Of a stretch of 64,000 bases of DNA, positions 51,384 through 62,307 are shown piece after piece. Position 1 is the first letter of the stretch, and every line of letters starts with the position of its first letter. The notes under the pieces are model-generated. The model did not search any database, was not told where the DNA came from, and worked only from the letters and a program-made list of their open reading frames with translations. The position numbers and the translations under genes were made by a program. The DNA is from a virus (lineage: Duplodnaviria; Caudoviricetes). Location of the stretch: the IMG/VR virus record IMGVR_UViG_3300028833_000064, positions 96,001 to 160,000 of that record; one strand, 5' to 3'.

Positions 51384-52820
51384 TCAACTTTCATTTTTCT
51401 TAGGTTTTAATACGTTCTTATATGCCTGCTTCATCAACTTCAAACAAGACTCACGAGAGATGACAGGGTTACTGTATACACTGCTCATAACCTGCTTCAG
51501 AATTTCCTTGATTATCGGACCTGGTTCGACACCGAGTTCATTGATGACATCATCTCCATTGATGGGGAGTTTGTATCCGAACATCTTCGAGTTCTCTGCA
51601 CACTCGACGAACTTTGCATACTGACCCTTGACACAATGACTCTTCTCGTGAGCGAGGTTGTCCGCCTCGATGACTTGACAAGTTCTCAAGAAACGTTCCT
51701 CCGTACCACAGATATACATAAACCTGTTGATGGATTTCTCCTTCATCTTACAACAGTCGTTCCCGAATCCCTTTGCTCTCATATGGTTTCTGATGATGAA
51801 ACACACTTCGTCAATCGTATGGTTGTCGAACTTCAAACGTTGGAGTATTCTCTTGGCGACATCACTACCGACGAACTCGTGGTCGTAGAAATGAACTCTA
51901 CCGTGTTCATCAACAGTTCTACACTCTATCTTGCCGATGTCATGCAAAAGTGCCGCAAGACGACAAACCAAATCCGGTTCAAACATGTTGCAATGGTTTT
52001 CAAGAACGGCAAGAGTATGTACCCACACATCACCGAAATGATAGGCATTTTGACCAAGACCTATGGTCTTTTCAAGTTCTGGGATGACATACTTCATTGC
52101 ACCGATATCGTTGATGAGCATTATTCCATGATGAGCATTTTTAGTCATCATGATTTTGCAGAGTTCGTCATTGATTCTCTCAACAGTGATGATGGAGAGT
52201 CTGTCGGCGTTTCTCTTCATGGACTCGTAGGTCTTCTCGGAAATCTCGAAACCAAGTCTGGTACGGAAACGGATAACCCTCAAAATTCTCAAAGGGTCGT
52301 CGATAAAAGTCTGGTCAACCTTATCGTCGGAGACCATCTCCATCGGAACTCTCAAAACTTTGTCGTGAATGTCTTGGATACCACAACCTGTTAAGTCCTC
52401 CACCTCACCTTTCGAAATGTTGTAGTAGAGGGCGTTGATGGTCAAATCACGTCTCGTTGCATCCTCCATAATGGGTGCAAACACGGTCTGTGGGTTACGG
52501 CTGCCAGCATCGGTGTATTTCTCACCACGAGTCATAACACATTCAATTTCGTCATTTGGAAACTTCTTGAAATGGAACATTGCAGTACCGTAGGTTTCAT
52601 ATATGACAACCTTTCCGGTCAACCCGTTCTGCTCACAGAAGTTTGCAAAACGAACACCACCTTGTGGGAGGTCAATAACGAGGTCAATGTCCTTAATTTC
52701 CCTACCCATCACCAAATCACGGACGGAGCCACCGACGGCATATACGTGCCCCTCGAACTCACTCCCCTTCGTGATTTCACCAATATATGATGTTATTTCT
52801 AAAAATTTTTCTTTTGTCAT
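51384..52820 (-). CDS. cca: CCA-adding tRNA nucleotidyltransferase with HD domain
   Basis: VGGSVRD, DID, RRDLTINA, DDPLRILR, LLHDIGK. Confidence 0.93.
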   Translation of the reverse strand: MTKEKFLEITSYIGEITKGSEFEGHVYAVGGSVRDLVMGREIKDIDLVIDLPQGGVRFANFCEQNGLTGKVVIYETYGTAMFHFKKFPNDEIECVMTRGEKYTDAGSRNPQTVFAPIMEDATRRDLTINALYYNISKGEVEDLTGCGIQDIHDKVLRVPMEMVSDDKVDQTFIDDPLRILRVIRFRTRLGFEISEKTYESMKRNADRLSIITVERINDELCKIMMTKNAHHGIMLINDIGAMKYVIPELEKTIGLGQNAYHFGDVWVHTLAVLENHCNMFEPDLVCRLAALLHDIGKIECRTVDEHGRVHFYDHEFVGSDVAKRILQRLKFDNHTIDEVCFIIRNHMRAKGFGNDCCKMKEKSINRFMYICGTEERFLRTCQVIEADNLAHEKSHCVKGQYAKFVECAENSKMFGYKLPINGDDVINELGVEPGPIIKEILKQVMSSVYSNPVISRESCLKLMKQAYKNVLKPKKNES

Positions 52821-53187
52821 TCTTCCTCCTTTTTAATCCTCACAAAAATAATGGAAAATAAGTTGTAACTCATTAATGTCATAAATCTTGAATTTTCTAC
52901 ACAAGTAGGCTTTTTCTTGTGTGCATCCTTCTTTCCAAATGATGAATCCGAGTTCGTCTTCTTCTGGTATATAATAAACCACATCTAATGTACTGTGGTC
53001 GTCATACTCGATATCATAATTGGTTACATTTAAATGTAGTGTTTTAAGGAATGGAGAAACTTTTTCACCATTTTCTTTCACTACATTCTTCACCGCTTCG
53101 ACACATGTATCGAACAACTCCTTTTTCAAACCATCAATTTTTTCTTTTACTTTTTTATAGTCCATATTTGTTTTATTTTTTTTTCGA

Positions 53188-53238
53188 TGCAAAGATACGA
53201 ACTTTTTTTGAATTACCAAACTTTTTTTTTCAAAAAAA
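53188..53238 (-). promoter_or_regulatory. Bacteroidota-type sigmaA promoter, copy 2
   Basis: Core identical to 28559-28609. Confidence 0.8.
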
Positions 53239-53307
53239 TTGAATTTTTTTTATAACTAATTAGTTCAGTGGTAGAAAAAAATTCATAATCAATCTTAAAA
53301 CCTATTG

Positions 53308-53490
53308 TTATTTCTTGATAAGTTCAGTTTTTTTCCAGTTTTTTTTTATCCAATGTTCATCCGTTTGTACGTGGTTTGCTCTTACGTATTTACAGACGTA
53401 CTTTAGAAAATCCATAATTGGAAACCATTCAACTGTTCTCACAACAACACCTTCTTTTCCACACCATCCACAGTTCCATTATTTCATCAA
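53308..53490 (-). pseudogene. remnant duplicate of the RNA ligase C-terminus
   Basis: Encodes EGVVVR...VCKYVRANHVQTDEHW like 53715..54392; N-part missing. Confidence 0.75.
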
Positions 53491-53714
53491 TACTATATCA
53501 AACGTTTTCATCATTTAGTCGTTCTTTAATAGTTCAACAATTTCTTCATCTGTATGCCACACACCGTTGAACGGTTTGAGTTCGGATTCAGTTCCGTTCT
53601 CAATGGCATCCATAAGTTTCAACACCTCGTTGTAGCAACGTGAACAAACCGAACATGTTCCGGATGAACCACGATGGTTGAGACACTCTTTGTTTTGTTC
53701 TTGGATTTTACTCC

Positions 53715-54392
53715 TTAATGTTTCCCATTTTCCGTCCATAATTGTGCTTTCTTCCAGTTCCTTGTCCAGTGCTCATCAGTCTGAACGTGATTTGCTCTTA
53801 CGTATTTACAAACATAATTTGGAAATTCCATAATCGGAAACGAGTCTGTAATCCTCATCACAACACCCTCACGACCGCTTTTACAAGCATAGTATGATGT
53901 GTGTTCCATCAATTCGTCGATGATTTCCTTCACTTCACCCTCTTCTCTCAACACACACCTCTCCAATTCCGGAACGTGTGGGACACAGAGTATCTTTGCA
54001 AACTCCTTAACCTCATCCCAACTGTACCACAGATTACCGTCATTGACAGCGAACATATGCCAATAGTCTGACAGACAATCGTAATGGATAGAGTGCTCAC
54101 CGTAAAGGTTTTCACCATAGACTGTTTCATTTGGACCGATATACTGATTGATTTTCCAATACAGTCCGTCCGACGGGTCCCAAAGATTTCTCGACCAAGG
54201 TGAACGAGTCGGGGCACCATGTGAACGTGCATAGACATCATAGTGTGTCATTGCTGTATTCTCCCCATCGAGTTTCTCCGTGAAGACTACTTCTTTTCCT
54301 TTATAGAAATCGAACCACCCATCTTGAAGTCTCTTGTCGTCCGATGTTGCACCTGGTGACCAAGGGAGATGATATGTTCTTGGATATTTCAT
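53715..54392 (-). CDS. ATP-dependent RNA ligase family protein
   Basis: KYPRTYHLPWSPG, EKLDGEN, GENL, EGVV, KYVR. Confidence 0.88.
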   Translation of the reverse strand: MKYPRTYHLPWSPGATSDDKRLQDGWFDFYKGKEVVFTEKLDGENTAMTHYDVYARSHGAPTRSPWSRNLWDPSDGLYWKINQYIGPNETVYGENLYGEHSIHYDCLSDYWHMFAVNDGNLWYSWDEVKEFAKILCVPHVPELERCVLREEGEVKEIIDELMEHTSYYACKSGREGVVMRITDSFPIMEFPNYVCKYVRANHVQTDEHWTRNWKKAQLWTENGKH

Positions 54393-54733
54393 AATGACAT
54401 TATATACTTTTTTAGTTTTTCTTTCGAAATTCCAGTTATTTTTGACAATTCTTTCAAATCAACATCTAAGAAAAATTCCGATATTCCACGATAAATGTTA
54501 ACCGAATTTACGGAATAAGACGACCAAAATCGTGCATGTTCAACCCAGATGTGTCCCGATGTTGTCTTCTTTATTAACTTTTTTGTTTTCTTTATTGATG
54601 ACATATTGTTTTGTTTCTAAGTTAAAAATTTTATTGTCTGTACCGGAAACTTGCTTTTCTGCCGATTCGATAGTTTTTACACCACCAATAAGACGATTAT
54701 TACTGTCAAATATGACATATTTAGGTGTGATAT

Positions 54734-55147
54734 TCATTTGTTTTTGTATATTAGTTTAACTACTCCAGTCAATGGGATACGTGGCATTCTGTGCCAATCG
54801 GTTATTTTGTTGGAATCAACCGGTTTTCCCCCGTTGTCGGTATTTACCATGATTGTGATGTGTTTCGTTTCATTTGCACACGGAATGTTCGTTTCAAGTT
54901 TTACGGCAAACGCTTTATCTGAACTTCCGTATTCGTATGCAAACACACGAAACATCTTTCCCTCATTCTCCATACACCATTCGAGTATTTCGTCAGTCAT
55001 ATTTGTGTGGAATGCAATCGTATGATGTTCGGCGATGATTCTCCCGTTTTCCCACTTGGGTGCAAACTTCATTACCTCATTCAACAAGAATCTCTTGGAT
55101 TCATCAGTGAGAACGAGGGATGTATATAACAAATTACTCGTGTTCAT
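54734..55147 (-). CDS. 2H phosphoesterase (cyclic phosphodiesterase-like)
   Basis: Two HxT motifs, HHTI and HITI. Confidence 0.75.
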   Translation of the reverse strand: MNTSNLLYTSLVLTDESKRFLLNEVMKFAPKWENGRIIAEHHTIAFHTNMTDEILEWCMENEGKMFRVFAYEYGSSDKAFAVKLETNIPCANETKHITIMVNTDNGGKPVDSNKITDWHRMPRIPLTGVVKLIYKNK

Positions 55148-55400
55148 ATTCTTTAAAATCTAAAACTTCGATTTCACTACCGAGCGAGAAACTTCTGAAC
55201 TCGTTTTTCTCCATATCGAAGAAGACTTGGACTTTTGGTGATGAAGGACGGTTTGGTTTCCAATCCCCAAGTTTCTCCGTGAGGATGTTGGTTTGAAGAG
55301 TTCCGACGGCAGTTCTTGTGGAACCATCTTTCTTTTTAAACGTGAAAGTTACAACTCCTTTGTGGAGGCCTTCCTTTATTTGTTCTGCTACCGTTCTCAT
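55134..55400 (-). CDS. SH3/WYL-like beta-barrel protein
   Basis: FKKKDGSTRTAVGTL...FFDMEKNEFRSF. Confidence 0.7.
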   Translation of the reverse strand: MRTVAEQIKEGLHKGVVTFTFKKKDGSTRTAVGTLQTNILTEKLGDWKPNRPSSPKVQVFFDMEKNEFRSFSLGSEIEVLDFKEYEHE

Positions 55401-55444
55401 TTTTTTTTCTTTTTTATAAGTTAAACTTCCTTTTTATTTCTCGA

Positions 55445-55494
55445 TGCAAAGATACGAACTTTTTTTGAATTACCAAACTTTTTTTTCAAAAAAA
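55445..55494 (-). promoter_or_regulatory. Bacteroidota-type sigmaA promoter, copy 3
   Basis: Core identical to 28559-28609. Confidence 0.8.
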
Positions 55495-55537
55495 TTTAAT
55501 TTTTTTCGTAACTTATTGATATAAAGTGATAAAAAAA

Positions 55538-56266
55538 TTATTTTTTTTTGTATTTTGTAGCACAATTAGAGATAATTTTCTTATAATTGGGGTTCTCTAT
55601 ATTGTATTTTGTATGCATTTTTCTATAATACTCATCACGAGTTGGGATATGGTTAAAAATCTCATAGTCCCATAACACCCTGTCGAGAACAGAGCATTTC
55701 CAGTTCTTAAAAGTGGCGAATCTTCCTGACCGATATAGAGATAATGTTTTTCTCTGTGTTGGGTGGTCCATTCCGAACAAATTGTTATAATTTCTACCGA
55801 CATTGGAATTGCCAAAACCAGACTCAATCTGGGCACACGATTTAATCATTTCCGGATACCAGACGACACCTTGTTCTGTAAGATAGTCTATATACTCACA
55901 AACGCTTTCCTTGGTGCATTTTCCACAATTTTTTTCTAACATTGCCACACCGATTTCGTAGTATAGAGTAAATTCACTTTCTTTATATTTTTTGTCGTTA
56001 ATTTCCGATTTAAGCGTCTCTATGGTTTCCAAATGTGTTTCGACCTTATCTTTGTGGTTTTGCAAGTCTGTATGTATAAAAAAGATGACACACAAAAGAA
56101 ATGCAATAAATGATAACAATAATATATTTTCTTTTGATATATAACTTCTTTTATTGAATAAAAGTGTGTTCATATCAAGCATATATCTCCTATGTGACTC
56201 TATTGTAGATTTTACTTTTTTAAAAGAATTTACAATAAAGTTTTTCAGTTTTTTTATCTGTTTCAT
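55538..56266 (-). CDS. membrane-anchored glucosaminidase/lysozyme-like protein
   Basis: TM segment plus AQIESG...NNLFGM. Confidence 0.7.
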   Translation of the reverse strand: MKQIKKLKNFIVNSFKKVKSTIESHRRYMLDMNTLLFNKRSYISKENILLLSFIAFLLCVIFFIHTDLQNHKDKVETHLETIETLKSEINDKKYKESEFTLYYEIGVAMLEKNCGKCTKESVCEYIDYLTEQGVVWYPEMIKSCAQIESGFGNSNVGRNYNNLFGMDHPTQRKTLSLYRSGRFATFKNWKCSVLDRVLWDYEIFNHIPTRDEYYRKMHTKYNIENPNYKKIISNCATKYKKK

Positions 56267-56369
56267 ACTTATATATTTTTATTATATTTACAAAGATACT
56301 ATTTTTTTAATTAAAAAAATGGGGTACAACCATATTAGTCATACCCCATACTTTCATTTCTCGTCTTTG

Positions 56370-57947
56370 TTAAGAATCTTCATCATCAACCCCGTTGGCG
56401 GCATAGTATTCATCCATTTCGGCATAGGTGAGTTGAGTTTCCATATCGACCTCACCAGCATCATACTGCTTTCTTTCTCTTATTCTGAATGCTTCTGTCT
56501 TCAGTTTAAAAGCTTCTGCCTTTTCGTCATTTTCTATACGGATGACGACACCTTCACGTGGAACATATTTATTACACATTGGTTCAAGTGATTCCATACC
56601 GAATCTTTGTTTGTCGTTTTCAAGTCGTTCAAGCAACGATTCCTGCCAGTGATGTTTTGTGTCGAGGTCTGGATAAAGGTCTCCGAGACGACCATGATAA
56701 AGGATTGTAATTGGCTTTATCTTACCTTTCAACTCGGGATGTTCATTCAAAGTATTTATTGTCCATTGATAAACATCCTGTACATTCCAATCAACATGGT
56801 TTCCTTCGGCATCCGTTTCGGTTATTCTGTAAGGCATCAAGATGTTCTCACCGACCTTACAACCATAGTCGTAACCCTTTTGAATCATACTTGTGGAACC
56901 AGTAACATAACCGACAATCTCACCATACAATGTCATACCTTCCTTCAAAAGTGGATAGATAATCTTTCCGTACTCAGACCAGATATCAACCTTATAGAAA
57001 CCTTGACCTACGGCCTTATTAATGTACTTGTTCTTAATGACGCCTCTCGAAGACGTTATTTCACCATACTCAAGTTCATAATGAGGGAGAAGCATTTCAC
57101 GTCTCTTATGGTCAATAAAACTGAAAAATCTTCTAATGAAGTTCTTTACAATTCTGACTCTCTTTTCGAAAAAATCTTCTGGAAGATACTTCTTGGTAAG
57201 TAGATTACCGGAGATAAAAGACGTTCCGTGTTCCTTGACTGAGATGTCCACAACAGTATCCGGTGTGAATCTCCACAAGTTGTCCTTCAATTGGCTGGTG
57301 TCATAATGGAAAGCAAACTGACCATCTACCATACGGTCGAGTTTCATCATAGTCTTTCCTCTCTTTCGGTCTTTCTTAGAAACTCCTGTCAGATTGTTTT
57401 GACGGTGTTGAACAGGTGGAATGTATGTCTTTATGAAAAGAACACCATCAACAGTGTCAAAATCAAATGGAACAACAATTCCATCTTCATTTGGTTCGAA
57501 ACACTTCTCAAAATCATATTCCAACACCTTTGGATTCCACTTGGCAAGAGAATCGATTGAAAAAAGACATCCTTCAGATGTACAACCACGAAGTTTGACC
57601 ATCTTCACACGTCCATGACGGTTGAAATACCCAACCATCTTCTTCGCTTCGGATTCCTTACCCTCATCAATGAGTTTCTGAACATCCTTGTAATTCTTGT
57701 TGAGATGTCTTTCACTCATTTCAAACTGATTGTTAACCGACAAGAAATCCTTGTTGATGACAGTCTCCATCTTGCAATAGACCATGATGTCACCTTCCTT
57801 TACACTGTCCTTTCCGACAACGACTTGGTATGCACCTCCAATTTTTGTTTTGACGAGAAAATCAGAACCCTCAATTGGAAGCAACTCACCAATCTTTACA
57901 ATTTGAGCACAATACTCAAGCTTAATGTTTTCACTTTTTGTAAACAT
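56370..57947 (-). CDS. RNA ligase with N-terminal OB-like domain (DRB0094-like)
   Basis: KEHGTS, YGEIVG, REGVVIR, FKLK. Confidence 0.8.
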   Translation of the reverse strand: MFTKSENIKLEYCAQIVKIGELLPIEGSDFLVKTKIGGAYQVVVGKDSVKEGDIMVYCKMETVINKDFLSVNNQFEMSERHLNKNYKDVQKLIDEGKESEAKKMVGYFNRHGRVKMVKLRGCTSEGCLFSIDSLAKWNPKVLEYDFEKCFEPNEDGIVVPFDFDTVDGVLFIKTYIPPVQHRQNNLTGVSKKDRKRGKTMMKLDRMVDGQFAFHYDTSQLKDNLWRFTPDTVVDISVKEHGTSFISGNLLTKKYLPEDFFEKRVRIVKNFIRRFFSFIDHKRREMLLPHYELEYGEITSSRGVIKNKYINKAVGQGFYKVDIWSEYGKIIYPLLKEGMTLYGEIVGYVTGSTSMIQKGYDYGCKVGENILMPYRITETDAEGNHVDWNVQDVYQWTINTLNEHPELKGKIKPITILYHGRLGDLYPDLDTKHHWQESLLERLENDKQRFGMESLEPMCNKYVPREGVVIRIENDEKAEAFKLKTEAFRIRERKQYDAGEVDMETQLTYAEMDEYYAANGVDDEDS

Positions 57948-58055
57948 GGTTTTAAAATTTTAATTGTTGATTGTTTCTTTTGGGGTTCAAGTCCTTCCTT
58001 CTACCACCCAGTTTTTACAGAACGAGGAAACTGTTACTTTAAATATAACAAAAAA

Positions 58056-58646
58056 TCAACATTCTATTACAAAATTACTGCATTTTTTTTCATTTTCAAC
58101 ATCTATTTCTTGGATTATACTATTTAAACACTTATTTCTTTTTTCCAAATTCAAGATTTTTTTCTTCAATGTCATCACCCTCATACTACCTAATCTTGCA
58201 AGGTATAGCATTTGTTCGATGTCTAGTTTTTGACAATATAAATTATCCTTTGGACACTTTTCCACACTTATGAAATCAGAATCCTCACGATATACAATAA
58301 TGCCAGCAGTCACTCTCCAATCATTACGATTTTCGAAATTATCAAGAAACTCAATAACCTTGTCCTTTATTTTTTGTGGAACACAGTAGTAAAAGTTCTT
58401 AATATATTCAGACGTGTGGTCATGTTCTTTCTTAAAGTCGTTTAAGAAATCTGCATAAGAACGCTTTATCTCTATTTCGGTAAGATAACCAGCCTTGGTG
58501 CAGACCAAAACGTCACATTCATGCCAAATCGGAAGAATACCACTCGTACCGAAGACATTGAATACCACTAGTTTTTTTGTGTAATCGAAATCCTTTGACC
58601 TTGCTATACTTAATTCTATCTCATATAATTCTTTATTTGTGTCCAT
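58056..58646 (-). CDS. PD-(D/E)xK/MmcB-like nuclease
   Basis: ECD...EIEIKRS..DF..D. Confidence 0.6.
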   Translation of the reverse strand: MDTNKELYEIELSIARSKDFDYTKKLVVFNVFGTSGILPIWHECDVLVCTKAGYLTEIEIKRSYADFLNDFKKEHDHTSEYIKNFYYCVPQKIKDKVIEFLDNFENRNDWRVTAGIIVYREDSDFISVEKCPKDNLYCQKLDIEQMLYLARLGSMRVMTLKKKILNLEKRNKCLNSIIQEIDVENEKKCSNFVIEC

Positions 58647-58651
58647 TACAT

Positions 58652-59283
58652 TTACTTTATTTTATCACAAGCCTTGTTCCGGAAGATGTCACAAAGTTCC
58701 CAATACGAGATTGGTCTATATCCATTTTGGTCAACTCCGACATCATACTGGTTCTTTCTTAGACGTGACGGAACATCACCGTCTATTCCGTAACAAGTGC
58801 CGTCACTCAAAGTATGTATGTGACCGAACACTTGGTAATCACCATTGAAAGCACAGCACGGATAGTGTTCGGCGTAAATTTTTACACCATCTACCATAAT
58901 GAACGCCTTGTCAACAACGGCAATGAGATTCTCCTGTGGTTCCGTGCATAATGATATATAGTCATGGTTGCCACGAAGAAGTAAAATCTTTCCGTTCAAC
59001 TTACTCATATATTTCAAGTACGGTGCTGTATCGACTTTGTGATTCAACATAAAATCTCCACAGTGTACCACAATTCCATCCTTCGGTACGACACTGTTCC
59101 AATTCTCAATCAGAGTATGGTCCATCTCCGAGCGAGATGCAAACGGACGATGACAATACTTACAGATATTAAAATGTGAAAAGTGAGTTAAGTGTCCGAG
59201 GTAAAGTACAACTTACTTGGATTATCTATACCCAATGTGTACATACCTCGGAACTGATTTCCTTTAATTGTTTCCATTTTCAT
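58652..59283 (-). pseudogene. calcineurin-like phosphoesterase disrupted by a 5-nt insertion
   Basis: FTSDT|HF motif split by TAACT at 59186-59190; GDF, GNHD and GHIH intact. Confidence 0.8.
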
Positions 59284-59329
59284 TTAATTTACGAATAATT
59301 TTATATACTTTACCTTATTATATTTCTAT

Positions 59330-60334
59330 TTATACTTCATTTAATTGTGTAAAAATATGATTCATCAATATTCCAACAAGATTAACATCCCAACCATTAC
59401 CTGCTCTTTTCGAAAGTTGTGAATATGATTGATTGGCAAAATTCATTTCACCATCTCTTAATCCCATCAGTCTGAATTGCTCTTGCACAGACATTTTTCG
59501 TACAATCTCAACACTATCATCGTGTGGTACTTCAACCACACGTAAGACGTTATGTTCTGGTTGTGTGATTGTGATACATGTACCATCATATTTGATTTTC
59601 TTATTATAGACATCAAAACACAGAGGTTCTTCAACGACAAATGATTTGATACCATGTTTTTCCTTTAGATGCTCAATTTGTGTATGTGAAAGATACAATT
59701 CTTTCGGTGGATTGGAGTCAAGAAAATCACAAAGTCTAAGACCGTTGTGTATTTCGGGAGGAACCATGTTGAATCCTTCCGGTAATCCACCCAATTTGGC
59801 GAACATCCATAGTCTTTCTCTGTTCTGTGGAATACCATAGTTTTTGGTGTTGAGAACGGTATACGCCAAAGGATTGTCTCCGTATCCTATTTCACTCAAC
59901 ATACTTTTCATTTTGTTGAACGTTGGTTCAAACTTTTTGGCAGTAAGACCTTTTACATTCTCCATCAAGATATAACGAGGTTGCTTTTCTTTGCAAATCC
60001 TTATTATATGATAGAAAAGAGTGCCACGTCCATACAAATCGTTCTCACCCATCTGCATTCCCGCTGAAGAAAATGGTTGACATGGAAAACCACCTGTAAA
60101 TAAGTCGAAATCCGGTAGTTCTTTGGGGTCTATTTTAGTAATATCACCATAATTATGAATAGGTGTCCCATCTATATTATGATGATTTGCATCAAATAGT
60201 TCTGATGCCCATTTATCTAACTCAGAATAACCGACAACTCGATAGTTAAAATTTGGATGCTGTTCTTTTACTCTTTTTAATCCATATGATGCACCACCAT
60301 ATCCAGCGAATGCTTCAAACACTCTCAGTTGCAT
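59330..60334 (-). CDS. dcm: DNA cytosine-5 methyltransferase
   Basis: FAGYGG, FPCQ, ENV, PQNRER, GNG. Confidence 0.93.
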   Translation of the reverse strand: MQLRVFEAFAGYGGASYGLKRVKEQHPNFNYRVVGYSELDKWASELFDANHHNIDGTPIHNYGDITKIDPKELPDFDLFTGGFPCQPFSSAGMQMGENDLYGRGTLFYHIIRICKEKQPRYILMENVKGLTAKKFEPTFNKMKSMLSEIGYGDNPLAYTVLNTKNYGIPQNRERLWMFAKLGGLPEGFNMVPPEIHNGLRLCDFLDSNPPKELYLSHTQIEHLKEKHGIKSFVVEEPLCFDVYNKKIKYDGTCITITQPEHNVLRVVEVPHDDSVEIVRKMSVQEQFRLMGLRDGEMNFANQSYSQLSKRAGNGWDVNLVGILMNHIFTQLNEV

Positions 60335-60860
60335 GACTCTCGATATAAGATTTATATTTATTGTATGTATCTCTTATCACATTCTCACCTACTGGATGCT
60401 CTCTTTTGGAATCACGCTCAATACACACCTCGAGTGGTGTGTAGATAAACCGATACTCAACGACATATCCATACTTACGTGCCATCTTCTCAAGACCCTT
60501 ACGTATTTTAGAGTTTAGGTTCATGTTATCCGACACCACATCTTTTCCACTTTTGAATGCAGCGGTTAAAGCGGCATTCTCAATCTTTGTGACGATGTTT
60601 TCGAGATTTGGGTTAAACGGTTTTCCCATCATCAATCGAATTTCATCACGATTGACACGGATACGGTTGTCGGGGTCTTCAAGGACAAACTTACGGGCGG
60701 CAGTAGACTTACCACTTCCCTGCAATCCTTGATATATATAGAATGTCTTTTTCTTATCCGTTGAAGTCTTCTTATTCTTTAATTTGAATATCAAATCCAA
60801 CAAATAAATTACCAAAAATAAAATGCATAATATTATTGCAATAACAAAATAAAATACCAT
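60315..60860 (-). CDS. polynucleotide kinase-like P-loop protein
   Basis: GLQGSGKST, NRDEIR, DNMNL, CIERDSKR; N-terminal hydrophobic helix. Confidence 0.8.
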   Translation of the reverse strand: MVFYFVIAIILCILFLVIYLLDLIFKLKNKKTSTDKKKTFYIYQGLQGSGKSTAARKFVLEDPDNRIRVNRDEIRLMMGKPFNPNLENIVTKIENAALTAAFKSGKDVVSDNMNLNSKIRKGLEKMARKYGYVVEYRFIYTPLEVCIERDSKREHPVGENVIRDTYNKYKSYIESHATESV

Positions 60861-61016
60861 ATTAATCCTCGTTTTTTAATTCTTCACGTAAAGTGTCTTT
60901 ATTATTTTTTTGTTTATATTCAAAATCAACCGCCAATTTAAGTAAATACCCTATAAGGACTCCCACACCTACAAGAAGTATATGTACTATTAATCCAAAG
61001 ATAAATATATAATTAT

Positions 61017-61457
61017 TCATAGTTTTTTATCTCTCAACTCTTCACGTACTTGCATTAAAATCTTTCCAAGGTTATTCTGTCCCTTTCCGTTACAGACACC
61101 CCATATTGTGTCACCCCAGTCATTTCCTTCTTCAAGATAAGCGTCTCCGGTTGCAAGAAGTTTTTCTTTCAAATCTTCGTTTTGCTGGAACTTGTTTCTA
61201 ACAATCCCCAACATTTCTTTGATTTTTATCTTATCCCAATCGTGTCTAAGGACAACATTTCTACCTTTTCTTTTTGCACGAGACGGGTCGAGTTCTTGAA
61301 ACTGCTTTCTTTGTTCATAAGAACTGCACTTCTGTGCTTGAAAAGCGGCCTCACTATTCTTGAACTTCAAACCGTCATATTCAACCGGTGCTTCAAAAAA
61401 ATTGCTCAAAAAGAAATATTTTCCTCTAAAGAAATCAATCTTATTTTTCATACCCAA
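61017..61457 (-). CDS. NADAR (YbiA-like) protein
   Basis: FLSNF, SEAAFQAQK, KFQQN, D.IWG, N.LGKILM.VR. Confidence 0.92.
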   Translation of the reverse strand: MGMKNKIDFFRGKYFFLSNFFEAPVEYDGLKFKNSEAAFQAQKCSSYEQRKQFQELDPSRAKRKGRNVVLRHDWDKIKIKEMLGIVRNKFQQNEDLKEKLLATGDAYLEEGNDWGDTIWGVCNGKGQNNLGKILMQVREELRDKKL

Positions 61458-61521
61458 AAGATACTATTATTATTTCAAATTGTTAAAAATATAAATACTT
61501 TATACAAAAAAAAAAATTATT

Positions 61522-62307
61522 ATGGACAAATTTAAAAAAGTAATCGAATTTATAGTCAAGTACAAAACATTGTTTCTAATCGGTATCATCTTGTGTATGT
61601 CGGTAATCGTAGTGAACCAATGTTCATCTAACAAAAACCTTAAGAATGAGATTAAAAGACAACATAACAATGAACTCGCCTTACAAGACTCAATCACACA
61701 ATACACCGATGAAATTGGAAGAATAAATGCAGAAAAACATGCATATCAACTTTCCCAAAAAGAACTCTCAGATTCTATCGGTAAAATCAATAAGAAGCAT
61801 TATGAATATGTTTCATATCTGAACACTCAACTCGGAATCAAAGACACGGTTAAACTATTTTTCTACATCGACAGACCATACAGAGATACGAGTAAATTGG
61901 ATAACGGAGTCATCAAAATAGACACAACAAATACATTTGGAAAATCCAGTCGTAAACTTCTTGTCTCAATCCCTTATGACATAGATACAGTCTTGAATCT
62001 ACAAAAAAGCACAATCTCTCTAGAACAGAACATTTACCTCGAAGGTTGGCTTGAACGAAACAACAAGACTAACGAAACATTCGTACATCTACGTTCCGAC
62101 TATCCGGGTATCATGTTTAATAATGAAAATGGTTTTGTTGCAGAACCGTCCGCCAAATACGATAGGAGTATGAGAAAGAATATGGGTATTGGACTTTTTA
62201 TTGGACCATCCGTAGGTTTCGGATATACACCAGAGAAATGGCAGCCTTACATCGGACTTTCTGTTGGTTTGGGATTTACTTTCACTCCGAAGTTCCTTCA
62301 GTGGTAG
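61522..62307 (+). CDS. membrane-anchored coiled-coil protein, possibly lysis-related
   Basis: N-terminal TM, coiled coil, Gly-rich beta-hairpin C-terminus. Confidence 0.55.
   Translation: MDKFKKVIEFIVKYKTLFLIGIILCMSVIVVNQCSSNKNLKNEIKRQHNNELALQDSITQYTDEIGRINAEKHAYQLSQKELSDSIGKINKKHYEYVSYLNTQLGIKDTVKLFFYIDRPYRDTSKLDNGVIKIDTTNTFGKSSRKLLVSIPYDIDTVLNLQKSTISLEQNIYLEGWLERNNKTNETFVHLRSDYPGIMFNNENGFVAEPSAKYDRSMRKNMGIGLFIGPSVGFGYTPEKWQPYIGLSVGLGFTFTPKFLQW

Noticed and set aside
51636-52394. 252-aa plus-strand ORF
   Set aside because: Antisense to the CCA-adding enzyme, with no motifs.
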